Shown one piece after another: positions 13,059 through 29,004 of a stretch of 64,000 nt of DNA. The notes beneath the pieces were generated by a model. The model made no database searches, was not told the DNA's origin, and saw only the letters and a list, made by a program, of their open reading frames with translations. The translations under genes and the position numbers were made by a program. Source of the DNA: Chrysomallon squamiferum (lineage: Eukaryota; Animalia; Mollusca); assembly GCA_012295275.1 (NCBI GenBank), contig CM022672.1, positions 6,882,001-6,946,000 of the forward strand. The letters run 5' to 3'. Within the stretch, counting starts at the first letter, position 1; the number at the start of each line of letters is the position of its first letter.

Positions 13059-14327
13059 GGAAAAGAAGAAAAAGAAAAAGATTAGGATAGGTTATTTGTT
13101 ATTATTATTAAACATGTGGGTACAGTGTGCGTACGGTTTGGATACGAGCGAAAAAAGCTGCCAGTAACGAATAATTATATAATTAACTAAGATGAGTGGT
13201 ACTAGAATCGGAGTACATAAAGGAAAGTAATTTCACCATTCAAGAACAATTTTTGATTTATTGGCAGAGACACAGCTGTGAAACATGTGACCCTGTCATT
13301 TAACTCTGGCTGTATACTTCTCGTCTTGAGTACAGGTTAAAAGTGCGCGGTACGTGATAATGTGATCTGTCTTCCAATACCCGAAATGTTGTCTTGATCA
13401 GGATAATGTTTTATTTAATTAATTAGTTATTTAATGTTCTTGTATTGCTGTTATTGTTGTTGCTGTTGTTAGTGCAATACTAGTACCAGTGCTGATTATT
13501 ATTATTATTACTGGTTTTGTTGTTGTTGTTATTGTTGTTATTACTCGTCTTTGGTGTAGTTTTTATTTCATGGATGGTATTGATTGTTACTCCTGGATAT
13601 CTTTGTTGGTTATTATTTTGATCACTCTATTAGTGGCCATGGCTGTTACAGAAAGAAATATATCACTTTCTATGTTATAAAATTTATTTTTGCAATAACC
13701 ATCAACACTTTATTTTCACTTTATTATTGTAAAAGAAATTAACCAGATATTATACGTCGAAACCTAACCAAGCGTGGACAGTACAAAATTTTATCTGCAT
13801 AATTTGTGAATGAAACGCTAGCAGTAGTGGTCAGCCGACATTATATTTCTGATACAGAATTCACAAAATAGCCGGAGGTGACCATCCATGATTGAACGAT
13901 TGTTAATGCCATATTGGCAACCCCGTTATCTTACAGCCTTCTTCATCAACAGGCGTTTACTGTCGGTTTCGCAAATCATTCAATTAGCGCTTGACTGTTA
14001 TAGCAAATCTTTGCCTAGATGAATGCGCCTCCTAACGAGCGAATATTCATAGAAAGAAGTGACCCGGCAACATGCATGTTCTCGTCCTGAAAGCAAGGCT
14101 AATAAAGTGTTTGCTGATTTCCTCTTACGACAGTGATGTTGGCGGAAATGTGGCACTTGAACGATTATGCTAATTCTGGCATAAACAACCAGTTGTTGTC
14201 CAAACCACTCAGTGACACCAGTCCGCTTTATTGTGTATGTTTTTTTTTTTACTTGTTACACCCTGACTTGTCCATAGACACATACGTATATGTGCATTTG
14301 TGTATGTATGTATGTATGTATGTTTGT

Positions 14328-14530
14328 ATTTTAGGAATATTCTTTGTCTTATGTTCGTCTGATTAGACTGCACGCAGAGAATATTTGGGAACGCACTGGC
14401 ACAGGAGGACAAAGTCCAATCACGACCTCACAAACCCCGTCAGATGCCGCTAACGAGACTCGAACGTATGGCAGACATTTTTTCGCATTTCAAATCGGAC
14501 CGCGTTACCGTTTGGCCATCAACACAACTT
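14328..14530 (-). mobile_element. tRNA-derived SINE-like repeat, copy 1 (same family as 29005-29215)
   Basis: Aligns over ~200 bp with 29005-29215 (gcactggc.caggaggac.aagtccaatca.gac.tcacaaaccc.gtcagatgccgct.acga..ctcgaacgtatggca). The minus strand carries Pol III A-box-like TGGCCAAACGG (14518-14508) and B-box-like GTTCGAGTCTC (14465-14455), with a (TACA)n tail at the 3' end. Confidence 0.75.
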
Positions 14531-14577
14531 TATGTAAGCACGTAAGCACGTACGTACGTATGTACATACTTAAGTAT

Positions 14578-14682
14578 TATGTATGTATGTATGTATGTAT
14601 GTATGTATGTATGTATGTATGTATGTATGTATCTATATATGTATGTCTATATATGTTCTTATGTACTTATGTACTTATGTAT

Positions 14683-14728
<46 letters not shown>
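14578..14728. repeat. Compound (TATG)n/(TG)n microsatellite
   Basis: Seen directly. Confidence 0.95.
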
Positions 14729-14730
<2 letters not shown>

Positions 14731-16516
14731 AAGTACTCCCACATCAGAATTCTACTTTAGTGTTGAAATGAAATCTATATCTAGATATAAGACATATTAA
14801 ATACGACAAACACATAATATATAAACTCACATAAATGCGTATCCAAACCTATTCACATGTAAACACGTTTACACGTATACCTACCTACCTGTACTCGAGT
14901 AATATCTTACTTGTTTCACTTAAAAAGCTCTTTGTATATTCTGTCATGTTTAAACGACGACTCCCCGGTCTCTTTTCATGTGTCAGTGAAATGCGTGGCG
15001 CTAGGTAAACAAAATTCGTAACTACCTTGATAGAAAATGCACTCTTTCATCGTGCACGTGTTTGAACGAACACTGATATTCGTGTTTCCAGTATGCTGTG
15101 TGTGATACATGTATTATTATTATTTCACTGTCTGATATTTACATGACTCATATGCTCACACGCTATCTGCTGCGTTGAAGTGCGGATCTGGCAAATCATT
15201 CATGCATGACACATATGTTACAGATGGCAGCATCTCTTTAGCATTCCTTCAGTTTTCTGCCTTCCATCTTAGCTGTTCTTGTCTTTAAAGTGGCTGTTAA
15301 TGTCCGTGTTAATCACGACACAAGATAAAAAGTGGAGACGTATGGTACTTTTATCTCTTACCAAACCCTGACCAGCCAGTAATGCAGTTTTCTTGTACGA
15401 CACTTTAGTCTTGAGGTTTCCGGTTTAGTTTCAAACAGCCATGATTTCATCTTTCGCGTAGCCGCCAGGTTCACGGAAGTTATTCCAAGAATTTTAATTA
15501 AAATGTTATTAATGTATACATATGTCGACAGTGGAAGATAAACATGAATCAACTCTTACCAATATCTATTATGGTACGTATGGACTTTGTAACTTGTAAG
15601 ATGATCGAAACCTGGATCTCATCATCAGCTTTCTTTAATGCAATATGTAAGAAATCACTGGGTTACTTTTTCGTTTGTTCAGTCACTTTATAAAATGAAT
15701 TTAAAATAAAAAAACTAATGTAGGTTTATCTTGTGTTTCTCTACATTAATAACTATGTATATGTACATCACTATCATACTGAATAATTAATTATGTAAAA
15801 TTGTCTGTATACAAAACATTTTCTCTTCAGTAATGCGTTTTAGGTAACTTTTTAAATTCAGAATGATCCAGATAAAATTCATAGGCCTATCTATACAGGT
15901 GTGTGTGTATACATACATATATATATAAGAATTACAATGACGTTGGATCCATACAACGTACACATTTCTCTTCAGTGTGTTGGCAGGATGTAATTGAAAG
16001 TGACACAAAGGTTGACGTCACTGAACTACACAGTGGCGTTTAACTCAAGGTAGCAATTTAAAACAGCACGTTCTTCGTTTATAAATAATTCTCGGTTACT
16101 GTTACATTACGGGATTGCCTTTTGGTTGATACTGCGTGAGGTTTCTACATTATTTCTTTGACAACCTGGTAACAGTCTTAATGCATTTCTCTTTCACTAA
16201 AAAGATAGTTCCGAGACGCAATATTTCCAGATTTACAGAAACAATGGATACAGTAACTCAGTGTAGAAACTGCCGATAAACGTATTAAATCAGACGTTTC
16301 GTTATAAAGAGAGAACTAAGGTCACTTTAGGTTACCGACCGCTTTACTTTAAATCTTTTTAGACTATAATTCGTGACTTTTGAACATTCTAAGGAATAGT
16401 AATGCAGGTATTTTTGTTGATTAGTGACTAGGAAGATACACACTATTATCGTTGAATTTATCCATTTCATAGGAAATTACTGGATTTTATTTTAGACGTA
16501 TCTGCTGAGAAAAGGA

Positions 16517-16532
16517 AAATAATAATAATAAC

Positions 16533-16583
<51 letters not shown>

Positions 16584-16720
16584 GGTAATAGCAATAATAA
16601 TAATTATACTAATGATAACAATATTAGTAGTGATATTAATAATAATAATCATAATCATAATAACAACAACAACAATAATAACAATAATAATAATAATAAG
16701 AAGAAGAAGAAGAAGAAGAA
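16517..16720. repeat. (AAT)n/(AAC)n/(AAG)n compound trinucleotide repeat
   Basis: Seen directly. Confidence 0.92.
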
Positions 16721-17968
16721 GTATAAACCCCAAGTAGTTATGAGTATTGTTTAACAACATTAATTTTCAAAAATTTTTGCAAGATACTTCATAATGTTTA
16801 CTGTAAATTAACACAGCTTTATTTTGTAGACAGCTGTAATATTATGTATGCATGGGCAACAAACGGGTAGACATTGGTATTTTGTTAGAATTATATTCCT
16901 GCCGAGAATGTAACGTTTATATATTTACTTATAAATCTTTTTGTCCCTTTTGAGAGTTCTTTGAGAAATGCAAACTTCTGTAATTACAGACAAAAATAAC
17001 ATTTTTGTTGAAATTAGAAAATAATTGAAAACTGAATGTTACAAACATCAGTGTTTTCCACATCTCATGTGTCATGTACACGCGTTTTTTAATTAACCAA
17101 CCAGGTTTGAAACATTGTGCAGGAAGACAAAAATAACATACCGAGTGTGGACAGATATTTCCCTTATCTTTTGTTTTTCTGCCACTCTGTTTAGTGTTGT
17201 GTTTCTTTTAGCTGACTTAAACTCGCATGGTGTTGATGGGTTCTTGTCTTGGTGTCTGTTAAACCATTTTTTTTTTTTTTTTTTTTTCCCGTCAATGCCA
17301 TTCTCTTCATTTCTGTTTCCATCTTTCTGTCTTCGTCCCTCCCATCCTTTCATCCTCAGCTCTCTTCATTTATTGATTGTTTGTGTACATATGTAATTTA
17401 AAAGCAAGTTTACAAACTATAATACAACTAATTAAAGTTCAATTTAGCTTACGAAGAAGACAAGAACCAATTACTGATTAAAACACATGTGTGTATCTAT
17501 ATGACTCGGGGCATGCCACAACTCTGTATTTTCTGTTTGTCAGTTAATTTTACATCGTAAAAGATCAAAACTAATTTTGTTCCAAGAAGCTTAAATAAAT
17601 ATGCTGTAGAAAAACCATTTCGATTTTTCCCGGCATTTCAGGAAGTCGGTGCTTGCAACAACCGTTCATTAATATATAACTACCAATGGAGAATGATCGA
17701 TTATTTGAATAATGAGCGTAGTTCACGTGCAAATTGGCTAAACCTACCAATCAGATTACGACAAATACTGTGCTGCGAGAGTTGAGGTAATACCTTTAGT
17801 GAAGCAGAAGATTATCGTATATAAAGGTGTGGTTGGGTTGAAACCGTTGTAATGTCAGAACGTGGAGGAGGTTGTCGATTCAGGACATACACCTACAGTT
17901 TTATTTTTATAATATTTAACATTAATAATATTTTATTAACCTTGTATATTTATATCATAGAGCCCACA

Positions 17969-17999
<31 letters not shown>

Positions 18000-18420
18000 C
18001 GAAAAAAAAAACTTCATGCACAGACACCTCTTTCTATGCTTAATGATATGACTAAAGAAAGCCCTATTTTGAAAGCTGTAATATTTATGATAATTATTCT
18101 ACACAAAATGTCTTCTTACCTAATGAGATAATCATTATTTTGTTACTCTGCTGTATAATAAAGTCAGTTAAATAACAGTTTGTACGAATGTGCGGCTAAA
18201 AAAGCGAGACCGAATAATTCAGCTTACTGTCTCGTCTTTCGTCGGAAAAAAAATATCATTAGGAAAAATATCATTAGGAGAATTCTGGAAAAGTAACAGA
18301 AACGTGTTGACAAGTACCTGCTAGAGAACACACATATTCAAACAAAGCAAATGCTGAAATGAAACATCTCTCTCTCTTTTTTTTCTCTCACTCTCTATAT
18401 GTGAATGTGAGCTATGAGTG

Positions 18421-18626
18421 CATGCATACATACACACACACACACACACATACATACATACATACATACATACATACATACATACATACATACATACATA
18501 CATACATACATACATACATACATACACACATACACACACACACACACACATACATACATACATACATACATACATACATACATACATACATACATACATA
18601 CATACATACATACATACATACATGCA
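18421..18626. repeat. (TACA)n/(CA)n compound microsatellite
   Basis: Seen directly. It generates the MYVC and HTYI ORFs. Confidence 0.96.
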
Positions 18627-21600
18627 TACTTATTGTTGAGATTTTTTGTTGTCTCTATGACCACTGTGACATGGTATAACTGAAAACGATAATCGTATCT
18701 TGATTTGTATCCATTATGACATTTGTCCTGTTGAAGAATTCTCACTGAAGAATTTTTGATACAAAGTTAATAATAATAGCTAAATATATATATATATATT
18801 AAAAAAAATAAAATAATAATAAAAAAGACAGAAAACTCCTGAAACAAAACAAAGAACAGTAACACAAAAAAATAAAGGAAAAAAATAATAATAAAAAAAT
18901 AATAACAGTAATATTAATATAAAAGAAATATGAAAAATTTAAATAAAATTAAATAAAACAACAATAACTAAATGAAAAAGTAAAAAATAAATAAAAAATA
19001 TAAACAAACAACATCCAAACAATAGCAAACAACATTAACAACATAAAAACAACAAAACAACAAATCAGTATCAAATGATGTTTTTAAGAGAAACAAAGAT
19101 TACAGTGTTATAATGTACAACTGAAAGAAACTGCCACTTGTTACCCAAGTCCCATATATCATTGACAGTCAACATAGACTGGTATCTGCCTGCAAAATTC
19201 ATCTAATGTATTATTATTATAAACAAATATATCCGCGTGAAGGATGTTTGAGTTATTAGTAAATCAAACATGACGGTATGATACCGATAAAAAGGAATGT
19301 TCTGTTTCGATCACTTAAATATATGTGACTGTGATAAACACATGGCTGTCGAGTTAATATGAATTAATTTGTTATTTTCAAGAGATCGACAATGATCCTT
19401 TTATAATTTTATTTATTTAATTTTGTTCTGATTTGCTACTTAGTAAAGCACAATCTACAGATATCTGATTTATAGGAAGTGTAAAATGTTGACTTGTTTT
19501 TGTATTTTTTACGTGGTATAATAGATTGACATAGAAAATTAGATTTATAAATGTCATATCGGTTCTCCTTCAAAGAAAATCAATATCCAAACAGTATCAT
19601 AAGTATGTGTAATGCTTAAGAAACAGTGATTCTGCTTCAGTCAAGTATTAACTACAACCGGGGAGAAAAACTAAGTCCTACAAACGTTTTTAGTTATGTA
19701 AATATCAGCTAAATGTTAAAAATCAAAGGTCACTTGATTACAAGTAATCAAATGTTAGAATTAGAGGTTTTTTATCTAAGTCATAACATAACACTCACGT
19801 GTCTTTTGTGTCTAAAATATAAACTGCTCGAATTAGTGATTCTTGTCCATGTAATAATATAACGCTCTAGTTACATGTGTGTGTAAAACATCAGTTACTG
19901 GAATTAGCAGCCCTTAAGGTAAAAACACGATAGATTGATCATTGACACAACACACAGAGCTTGTCGATGCCTTCATTCGCGTTTAGTCATCATTAAATGT
20001 GTTCGAATTACCAGGTCTTGTTCATATCTTAATAAACTTTATTACAATCTCTTTTAAACGTATTTTAATACTAATATCACAGTTAGTTTCTGGAAACCTA
20101 TTTTGAATAGTACAGCTGTCGTTTATATTCGATCGATGTTGTATATATTACCCAATCAATAAAAGAAGCAAAACAAAAAAAAAAAAAAGGAGAGAGAAAA
20201 AAAGAATGACATAAATCAAACAGAAAGAAAACAAACCCTGAAACCACCCCTCTCAGAAATCCACCCAAAATGTCCCCCAAAAACGACAATACAATAATAA
20301 CATTAAGAATAATATTTAATTTTTCCAAACATTAACTATATATTGTCATGCACTTTTATAAACATGAGGTAAAACAGAACACAAAGAATGATAAATATAT
20401 ATATATACATTTATTTTAATTAAGATGATTTCCTTTCCTTAAGATATAACAATAAACACTTTCTACAACGCCCCCTCAAAAATACCCTCTTTAATGACGG
20501 AACCAAATGAATTTGACAAACTTTTTTAATTTATATTTTTGTTTTTTATTTTTTTATTATTGTTTCAGATGGGGTTAATGGAAATAAAGTGAATTTGATT
20601 TTATAGATCTATAAAAACGGTTTCTGTAAAGATTTATGTAAAATTCATGACTATGTTATTACTAACAAAAAACAGAACAAAATACACGCGCATGCACAAA
20701 TGCATATGAGAATGAATACACACAATCGTAGAAGTGCATTCGGGGAAAAAGAAAAAGAAAAACGACCAGTACTTTAACAATCATTTATATTGGAAATTTA
20801 ACAGAAACTGCCATAGAGAAAGTATTATTTTACCCCTGTAATTTTTTTTTTTTTTTTTTTATTTTTTTTTTTTAAGATTTGAATGCAACAGAAAGTGACA
20901 AAGAGAAAGTAATATGTTACCCTGTTACAATGTATAAACATCTCTTGGCTTTAGGCCCACGATAAAAAAATGTAAAGCTATATTTGATGAAGTTTAAAAA
21001 TATATCTTTGATGCTGGTAATAATGTGCTGTATTGCCCAAAGTACACGCGTTCTTTCTCAGCAGCATTCAAACTGTAAAACACGTGAATTCTGCTTTAAT
21101 TAGTAAAATAGTATCAGAACACTTTTTAGTTAAACAAAAGCTTCAGGGAAAGTTCTGTTTGAAAATCTGTTGTTATTTTTGAACAAGCGGTATTTCGTCC
21201 CTTACTCTGTAATATCCTTTCAGGTATCGGTGACTTTGAATGATGATCTAATTAAATGACCGAGTTATAGAAACTGCCACCTAGTAAAACTGAACTGATG
21301 AGCAACACACACATACATAAATACATACCGATCCGTGTACACGCATATATGCATACATATATATATATATATACATATAAATATATACTTACATGCACAC
21401 AAACATATTACATTTATGTACGCGTACAAATATACATATAAAAAGGTTCTCCACGTGAAAACTAATTTCAGTGGTGTAGTAATTTAAACTGTGGACTTGT
21501 GTTATAAAGGTCTTCGATCACATAGCAGCTCCAGTGAAAATTAACACAGAAAATAACGGACTGCCATATTTTACTTATTTAAACAAACCAATAAACTAAT

Positions 21601-24081
21601 ATTTATCTTAGGCAGAAAACGCGATATCTGTATTCGTGCCTTAGAGAAATCTGTTTAATATCGGCTTGCTCTGACTACCAAACTCGTATTGCCTAATCGG
21701 CCAAAAATAACAAAATACCGCGGTTAAAATCATGTACTGTGTTTACACAGAAATGCATTACTTAACACTGATTAAAAATAATTTGATAAAAAATAAAAAC
21801 CGGGTTGTACACAGTCACACACATAAAAAACGCACTCACACATACATACAGTAATAATATAATAATTGCAATAATAATAATAATAATAATAATAATACTG
21901 AATAAAAATAATAATAAAGACACATAATCAGAAATAACATAAAAACCATTCAAAACCCAACAATCAACGACACCGAAAACAATTTAAGAAAACAAGAAAA
22001 AACAATAAGAAAATCAACACGCTGAATAATTCTCATCAGCTCCACATATAAACAAAATTTGACAACAAGATTCAGGACTTAAATTTGGACATTTAGTCGG
22101 TTATCACACTGTTAGGCTATTTGTTTTAGGTTTTTCCCCGGTGTTTTCCTTTTAAAGATAATCAAAATAATGAAATTAATCAACCCAGAGGTAAATGATC
22201 TTTAACACTGAAAAAACAAGTAGATATTTTGGACCACTCTGTAATTTAATTCCTGTCAACTGAAGCCAAAATATCGGACTTGTGCTTGATAAATTTTTAA
22301 AAGGTTAAATTTGATCTTGTAATGCATTTGGGACAATGTCAATGGAAGATAATCCTATGACAAAACTTATATGTGCTGCCTGGCGCCATCTAGTCGATTC
22401 TTGCGCGTGGCTTTGCCTCAGTGTTCCTGGTTATGGATAATAGGGTTAGCAATGAATCTAGGCGTTTTGTTTGCCTATCGGTCAAAATCAAGGATACCGT
22501 TTTCAACAACAAATAAATTATCCACGGAAATAATAATAAAAAAAACGACTACAGATATGAAAAAGAACCAAACAGAAGTCTGATGTTTGATGGTATCACT
22601 AATTCAATAAATGGTCAAGGAAAAGATTGATTGGTTGTCACAATGTATAATGTATTACACACTGACACGAGAACTGGCAACAATGTTAAAAATAAAAATT
22701 TTTCAAATGTTAACTTCAGTATTGTTTTTCGTCTGTTAATTATTTAATAAAAGGGTCTGTTATTTTATTTCTGTTTAGTAAATCAACTGTCAGTCGTTTT
22801 ATTTCTGCTTGGAACAATTCCACAAATAATCATTGTGATAAAAAGCCGTTATTATAAATAGCATAACACAGCTGGGTTTTTTTTCTTTTTAAACTATTTT
22901 TTGAATTTCATTATACATTTTTTTAAAACGCCTTTCTTTTGAAAATATCAAAAAATAAACACACGAAATAAATAGAAAGTGAAAAATCACATTTTATCAG
23001 CTTATATAATATTCTTTTAAATTCAGACACAAAAACAATCTTTCCCTAAAATTTCCACAAATATATATATATATATCATACATTTTAATTATACTAAGAT
23101 TGTTGGATTGCATTCTAAACCAATCGCCCATGTAAACTATCAAAGTTTTGTGTACAAATAACAGTAAGCATTTTTTATCTGTGTTGGTATTGTGTATCTT
23201 TTCTGTAGTGGAATCCTTGATTTTCTTTACTAGCAACAGAAACTGGAGAATAGTAAAATATAATGACATAACTGACTGGAAGTCAAACATGATTCTTTTC
23301 CCAGCTGAAAGATGTTCAACACGGAACAAGACCAGTTTACTGACACCGTAAGCAGTTAAATATACTTTAAAATTTAGAATATACAAGTGACAAAATAACT
23401 TAAAATGAATACATTAATTACAATATATGCATATACATTTGTATGTACAAATACATATTGTTACATATGCATAGTAATATAAAGAATAATGCAGATATAC
23501 AAGGATTAGCCAAGCAATATTCGGTTATGAAATGTGTCCCCAAAAGCCTGATCTCCGTAATTGTACTTTCCTGCAGAGTCATAATACAAATTGGTACCTT
23601 TTAATAATTTCCCATTCCAAAAAATACTGTGATGGCTACTATATGGGGATAAGAATTAAAAGTTACGTTAAGCTCTATTTCATTCTCCTTAGTTCTTGAA
23701 TATACAACATGTGTAACCATACATAAATAAACTGTTATCACGTAAAAACATGCACAGGCCTGTATATAATCCAGAGTCTGAAAAATATTAAAATTATAGT
23801 GTCGTAAGTTCACCAAAACATGACATAATTACAAGAATTGCTTGTCTTGTCTAAAACGTAAACACATCAGAAGAGGAATGTGATTAGTAGACGTATTTTG
23901 AGAAAAACACAGATAACAACGTAAAATAAATTACTTAGAAATGTACTAATTATGCTAACTATTCTATAGTAGCTTGCCTCTCTTAAAAGCTTTTTTCTGT
24001 AGATAATTAATATTTGTCGCGGTATTTAGTGTTTGAGCAGGTGCTTGTCCGAGTGTGGTTTGTAGTATGATGTGTTTGCTT

Positions 24082-24198
<117 letters not shown>

Positions 24199-25460
24199 TT
24201 TGTAAGTGACACTGAATGATTATCTTTACATATGAAAATACGCTGTTTAAATAAAATTGCCCAGATATTTGTATTAGTCTGCTCATTAATTTCTCAAACA
24301 CTGGCGTCCACTGTCTCATTTGTGACGTAGTTTCAGATTTTCACTTAAAAACACAAATTCCTGGATATATTTCACACAAAAAGTTTAAGATAAGGTCCTA
24401 TCACTTTCTGTAAAATCACTAGCGGCGTTGCTATACTTATAGCTCAAAAATAGCTCCTTACGGCTGTAATATTTTCTTTGCAAACTTCAAACTCCTTTCT
24501 TTCTTTAATTACCGAGTTTTTGTCTGGTCTTCTCAGACGCGGTATGCTATTGGGTTCAGAAAATTAATGTGTCGATCATTGTTATTAATAGAAGATAAAA
24601 GAAGATAAAAGTGCAAGCTGATTGAGATTCACTATAATCCAGGAGAACGTGAGAAACAGAAAAAATGAAAGTGAAATTACAAGTGTTAGTAAGCAGGCGA
24701 TTTCTGCAGTGATCTGAAGAGGAGTATTAGGCTTACCTTTATACTCTTGTATAGAGTGCAGTTACACATTTTTAAAACATTGAATATAATAACGTTGTGA
24801 TGTCAAACAGTCTAAAACTAAGTCTATTTCCAAGTCTTGTTTTACTTGAGATTATTCCGCTGCTGGTGCTACTACAATACTTTAATGTTGGCTACTGCTG
24901 CTTCTACTAACACCACCACTACCATCACAACAACTTCTACTACAAGTAATTAGGATGATGATAAAAATAAAAGTTAAAAATAAAACGTTCATGCATACGT
25001 AATCGAATAAATGAAATTCAGCTCCAGGAAGATATTCACTGACATTTACCATTGAATATACGATCATCTTCTATATTTGATCAAGAAGACAAAGTAAATG
25101 TCGTGTTTTTTCAGTCCTTGTTTGAGATTTGGTTAATGCCCATAAGTCTCCAGCTATTTGTTTTTCACAGAGCAGAGGTCCGATCCAGGAACTTTAAGTT
25201 CAGAATGACTGATTCGCTGCTCAGATTTCTTCTTCAAGGACTTGTTATCCTACAAGGATGTTGCCGTTCTAAATGTCAAATTGGCTACGAGTCGCATGGT
25301 TATTTTCTTTCATTCATTGGTTCACCTGTTCATTCATTAATTTACATTTAAGTTCGCAAGATGGTAAAATCTCATATGTGATAAGGTGTCGAGTGAGATT
25401 CAGTTTCTACTGCGCTGTTTTTGAAAATGTTTCTCTGAATTTTCTTACAGCTAGCACTGA

Positions 25461-25623
<163 letters not shown>

Positions 25624-27105
25624 ACATTTGCTTTGAAATCGCACTATTAAGTCTGTCTTCACGGATATAATTTTGTCTTGAGCAACAGGATTAACTTGGT
25701 TGACATAAATGATTTCAAATTAAGCTTCGTCTTAGGTAAAGAGGTATGTAACATTTGAAAAGTCTAGAACCTCTCAGCGTTCGATCAATACAAGATTCAC
25801 AGTGTGATACAGAAGCAAGATGAAACACTGCCTCAGATGCTGATGAGTTCACTTTCATCAGCAGTGGTATGTTTATAATGTATACAATTCGCGTATATTA
25901 TCAAGGACCGTCATCATAAACATTATGAACATCATCAACATCATCATAAATAACAACAACATCATTGCTGTCGCTACAATGTTTAATGATGGTGTTGTTT
26001 CTCATATTATTATGTACGACAAAATATACACGTATGAGAAACAACACTATTGGCCCTTCTCCTCCCTCCCGCCAAAAAGTGCAAAATTCTACATAAAATA
26101 TTTTCCCACATACGAGCAAGGTCACTGTGTTATAGATGCTTGACAAAATTACTACCATTCACGCTGGCCATAGATCAAAAGACTTTTCATTCAATGTTGC
26201 TGCTTTGAGAAAAAGCATCATTATAAAGCATTCGCAATCTCTGTTGACGTCAGACATTTCGTGTTTATTTTACAGTTTTTCTTAGCTGGAAAATACAAAA
26301 TGTCGATCTGACTAGTCAGGTCGGCAAGATAAGGTGGACCGTAGGGTAATATTTCCTTCAATATATTCCAGATGATTTGGTCCGTGGAATTATCGTGAAC
26401 TGCACACTATCGACGAAAACATACAGCATGGGACAGCCACACAAAGACAGTTTCATTAAACAGATGATGTGGTTTTTCTGAGGGCGCGGTATAATTAATT
26501 ATTAAAGTAATGATGGATATTAAGTTAAACAACTCCCTAAATATAAAATTTCATTGCAAGAATAAACCTACAATTTAATTTACTTTGGCAAAAGAGTTTT
26601 GGATTTGAATAGTGTAATAATTACATTATTATATCTTCAGTCATTATTAAGATTTTGTATTGTACTTTGATATATATATTCATTACATATTTTTGTTTAG
26701 TTACAAAATAACCAGTGAGATGTTTTCTAATGCTTTACCTCAAGTATCTTCCTTCTTCATTAAACGTTTGAGCTTGCTAAAAATAAAAAAAATAGGAAAC
26801 AAAATAAAATAAAAGACAACCTATAAATTATCAATCAGATGCGATCATTTGCTCTACTGAGTTTTTAATTATATTATTTTTGCTTTATCAGTTTTTAGTC
26901 TCATTAAAAAATAGTTATAATCCTATTATTATAATTACTGATGTAAGATACGCTATAATATTTTTCGATATAAAAAAAAAAAATGAAATAAAAAAGAAAA
27001 TAGATGAATAAATAAATAATAAGAAAGTAAGTAAGTAAATAAATAAATAGTAAATGTAAAAATAAATCAATAAATAAATAACACGTAAACAAGTGAATAA
27101 ATCAA

Positions 27106-27137
<32 letters not shown>

Positions 27138-27682
27138 AAGTAAGTAAATAAATACATAAAATAAACAAAACATTCATGGAATTACTAATGGGGAAACTCT
27201 GTTTCATGAAAGCAACAGCAACAACAACAAAAATATATAAATAAATAAAAATTAAATTAAAGAAAACACAATCTTTTTAAGGTCATCTGTTACAGAAAAG
27301 GAATTCTTTCAAACTGGCTCTGCGGTACTTGACTCCAAATCAGCCAACGCTCCAGCGATCAGAACCAAACAGAGGCACTCAAATTAACGTGGCATTTGAT
27401 GAAATAACACCATTTATCTGAAATCACGTGCAGCTACTTTGTCACTTCTCAACAGCAACGAGATTAGTCTAATTTTCTTGCAAACAGCCACAATTTGCCC
27501 AAAAGCATGCAGCGCCAGAACTGTTGATAGTCATGGCATCTTTTGTCTACACGCGACGTCTATGATGGAATAAATGTGTTTCTTCAGTTGAACTAAACAT
27601 TTCAGCTCGCCTTTACAGATCAGTTGTAGCAGTGTATAAACTCACTGATTAATTGTCGTCCAAACAGACTATGAATTATTCA

Positions 27683-27799
<117 letters not shown>

Positions 27800-28099
27800 C
27801 AGTCTTTGGCTAACGGCTGCAACGGAATATACATATATATGTATATATAATATATATACTTTCATGCGCTTCTTATGATATTCTAAACGGAAAAAGATAT
27901 TCAAAGAAACTGGTGTATTCTGTTACTTATTAACTGGTAAACACAGCGCGTGGATTGCTGACAGTGAGGTGCATTAAAAATACATGAAATAAAAATATTA
28001 GGAAAACAGAAGAAATCGTAAAACAACGTTATATTTATTATACTAGTTTATATGCTGTGATGTCATTAGACCACATCAGTTGTATGTTAATCATTTTAA

Positions 28100-28525
28100 A
28101 TGTATGTTTGGAGTAATACTTCTTGTATGTGTGTCTCCATGTCTATGCGTTTATGTGTGTTTGTATACGTATGAATATATGTGTACATGTGTTTGAATAT
28201 ATGGATATATGTTTACATGTGTATGTGTGTATATATATATGTATGTGTATGCGTTTGTGTGAATTTGTGTGTGTAATACTAAGTATGTGTGTATGCTGTG
28301 TAGTTCCCTGTGTGTATGTTTGTGTGTATGGTGCGTGTATGTCTGTGTATGAGTTTATGTCTGCATGTATGTGTTTGTCTGTGTGCGTGTCTGTGTATAT
28401 GTATTTATGTGTGTGTGTGTTGATATTTGTGTTTATGTGTTTATCTGTTTGTGATGTGTGTACTTATGTATTTGAATGTACTTGGACATGCATATGTCAG
28501 TGTGTATTCATATGTGTATGTGAAT
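28100..28525. repeat. Degenerate TG/TATG low-complexity tract
   Basis: Seen directly. It produces a spurious C/V/M/Y-rich ORF. Confidence 0.85.
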
Positions 28526-29004
28526 TATAAACATTTCGATATGTTTATTTTTATTTTGTCTGCTATCTTTGATTTCTTATCAGTTTCCGACTTGTTCGTT
28601 TTTATTTTTGGGAAACAGTTAACACGTTTAACGAATTGCTGTGCTCGTGTTGTGTCGGAATCTCTGCGGGTAACAGCTGGTTAGCCGCTTCACACCCTGC
28701 TGAGATGTTCTCTTTGTTAACAGTGTTGTTGAAACAGCTGTAGTTTTATCTACCAAGTAGTCAAATGTAAGTTTGACACGCGTGTTATTTTACATTCAAA
28801 ATCTTTGTAATAAATCATAAGTGAGGCTCTTTATTTGAAATAAAACTATTATATTTAATATAGTTATTGATACGAGTTCATATGCGTACTTTATCTGTTC
28901 GCAGTAAAATTGCGCCCGTTAAATGGCAAATTGGATTGATACGTAGATTTGTTTGAATGTGTGTGTATTTATATATGTATGTATGCATGTATGCATGTAT
29001 GTAG

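Noticed and set aside
25820-25865. GAAAC...CTGATGAG with a 9-bp hairpin, suggesting a hammerhead ribozyme
   Set aside because: Only 14 nt lie between GAAA and CTGATGA, too few for stems III and I, and the CTGATGA is itself sequestered in the hairpin.
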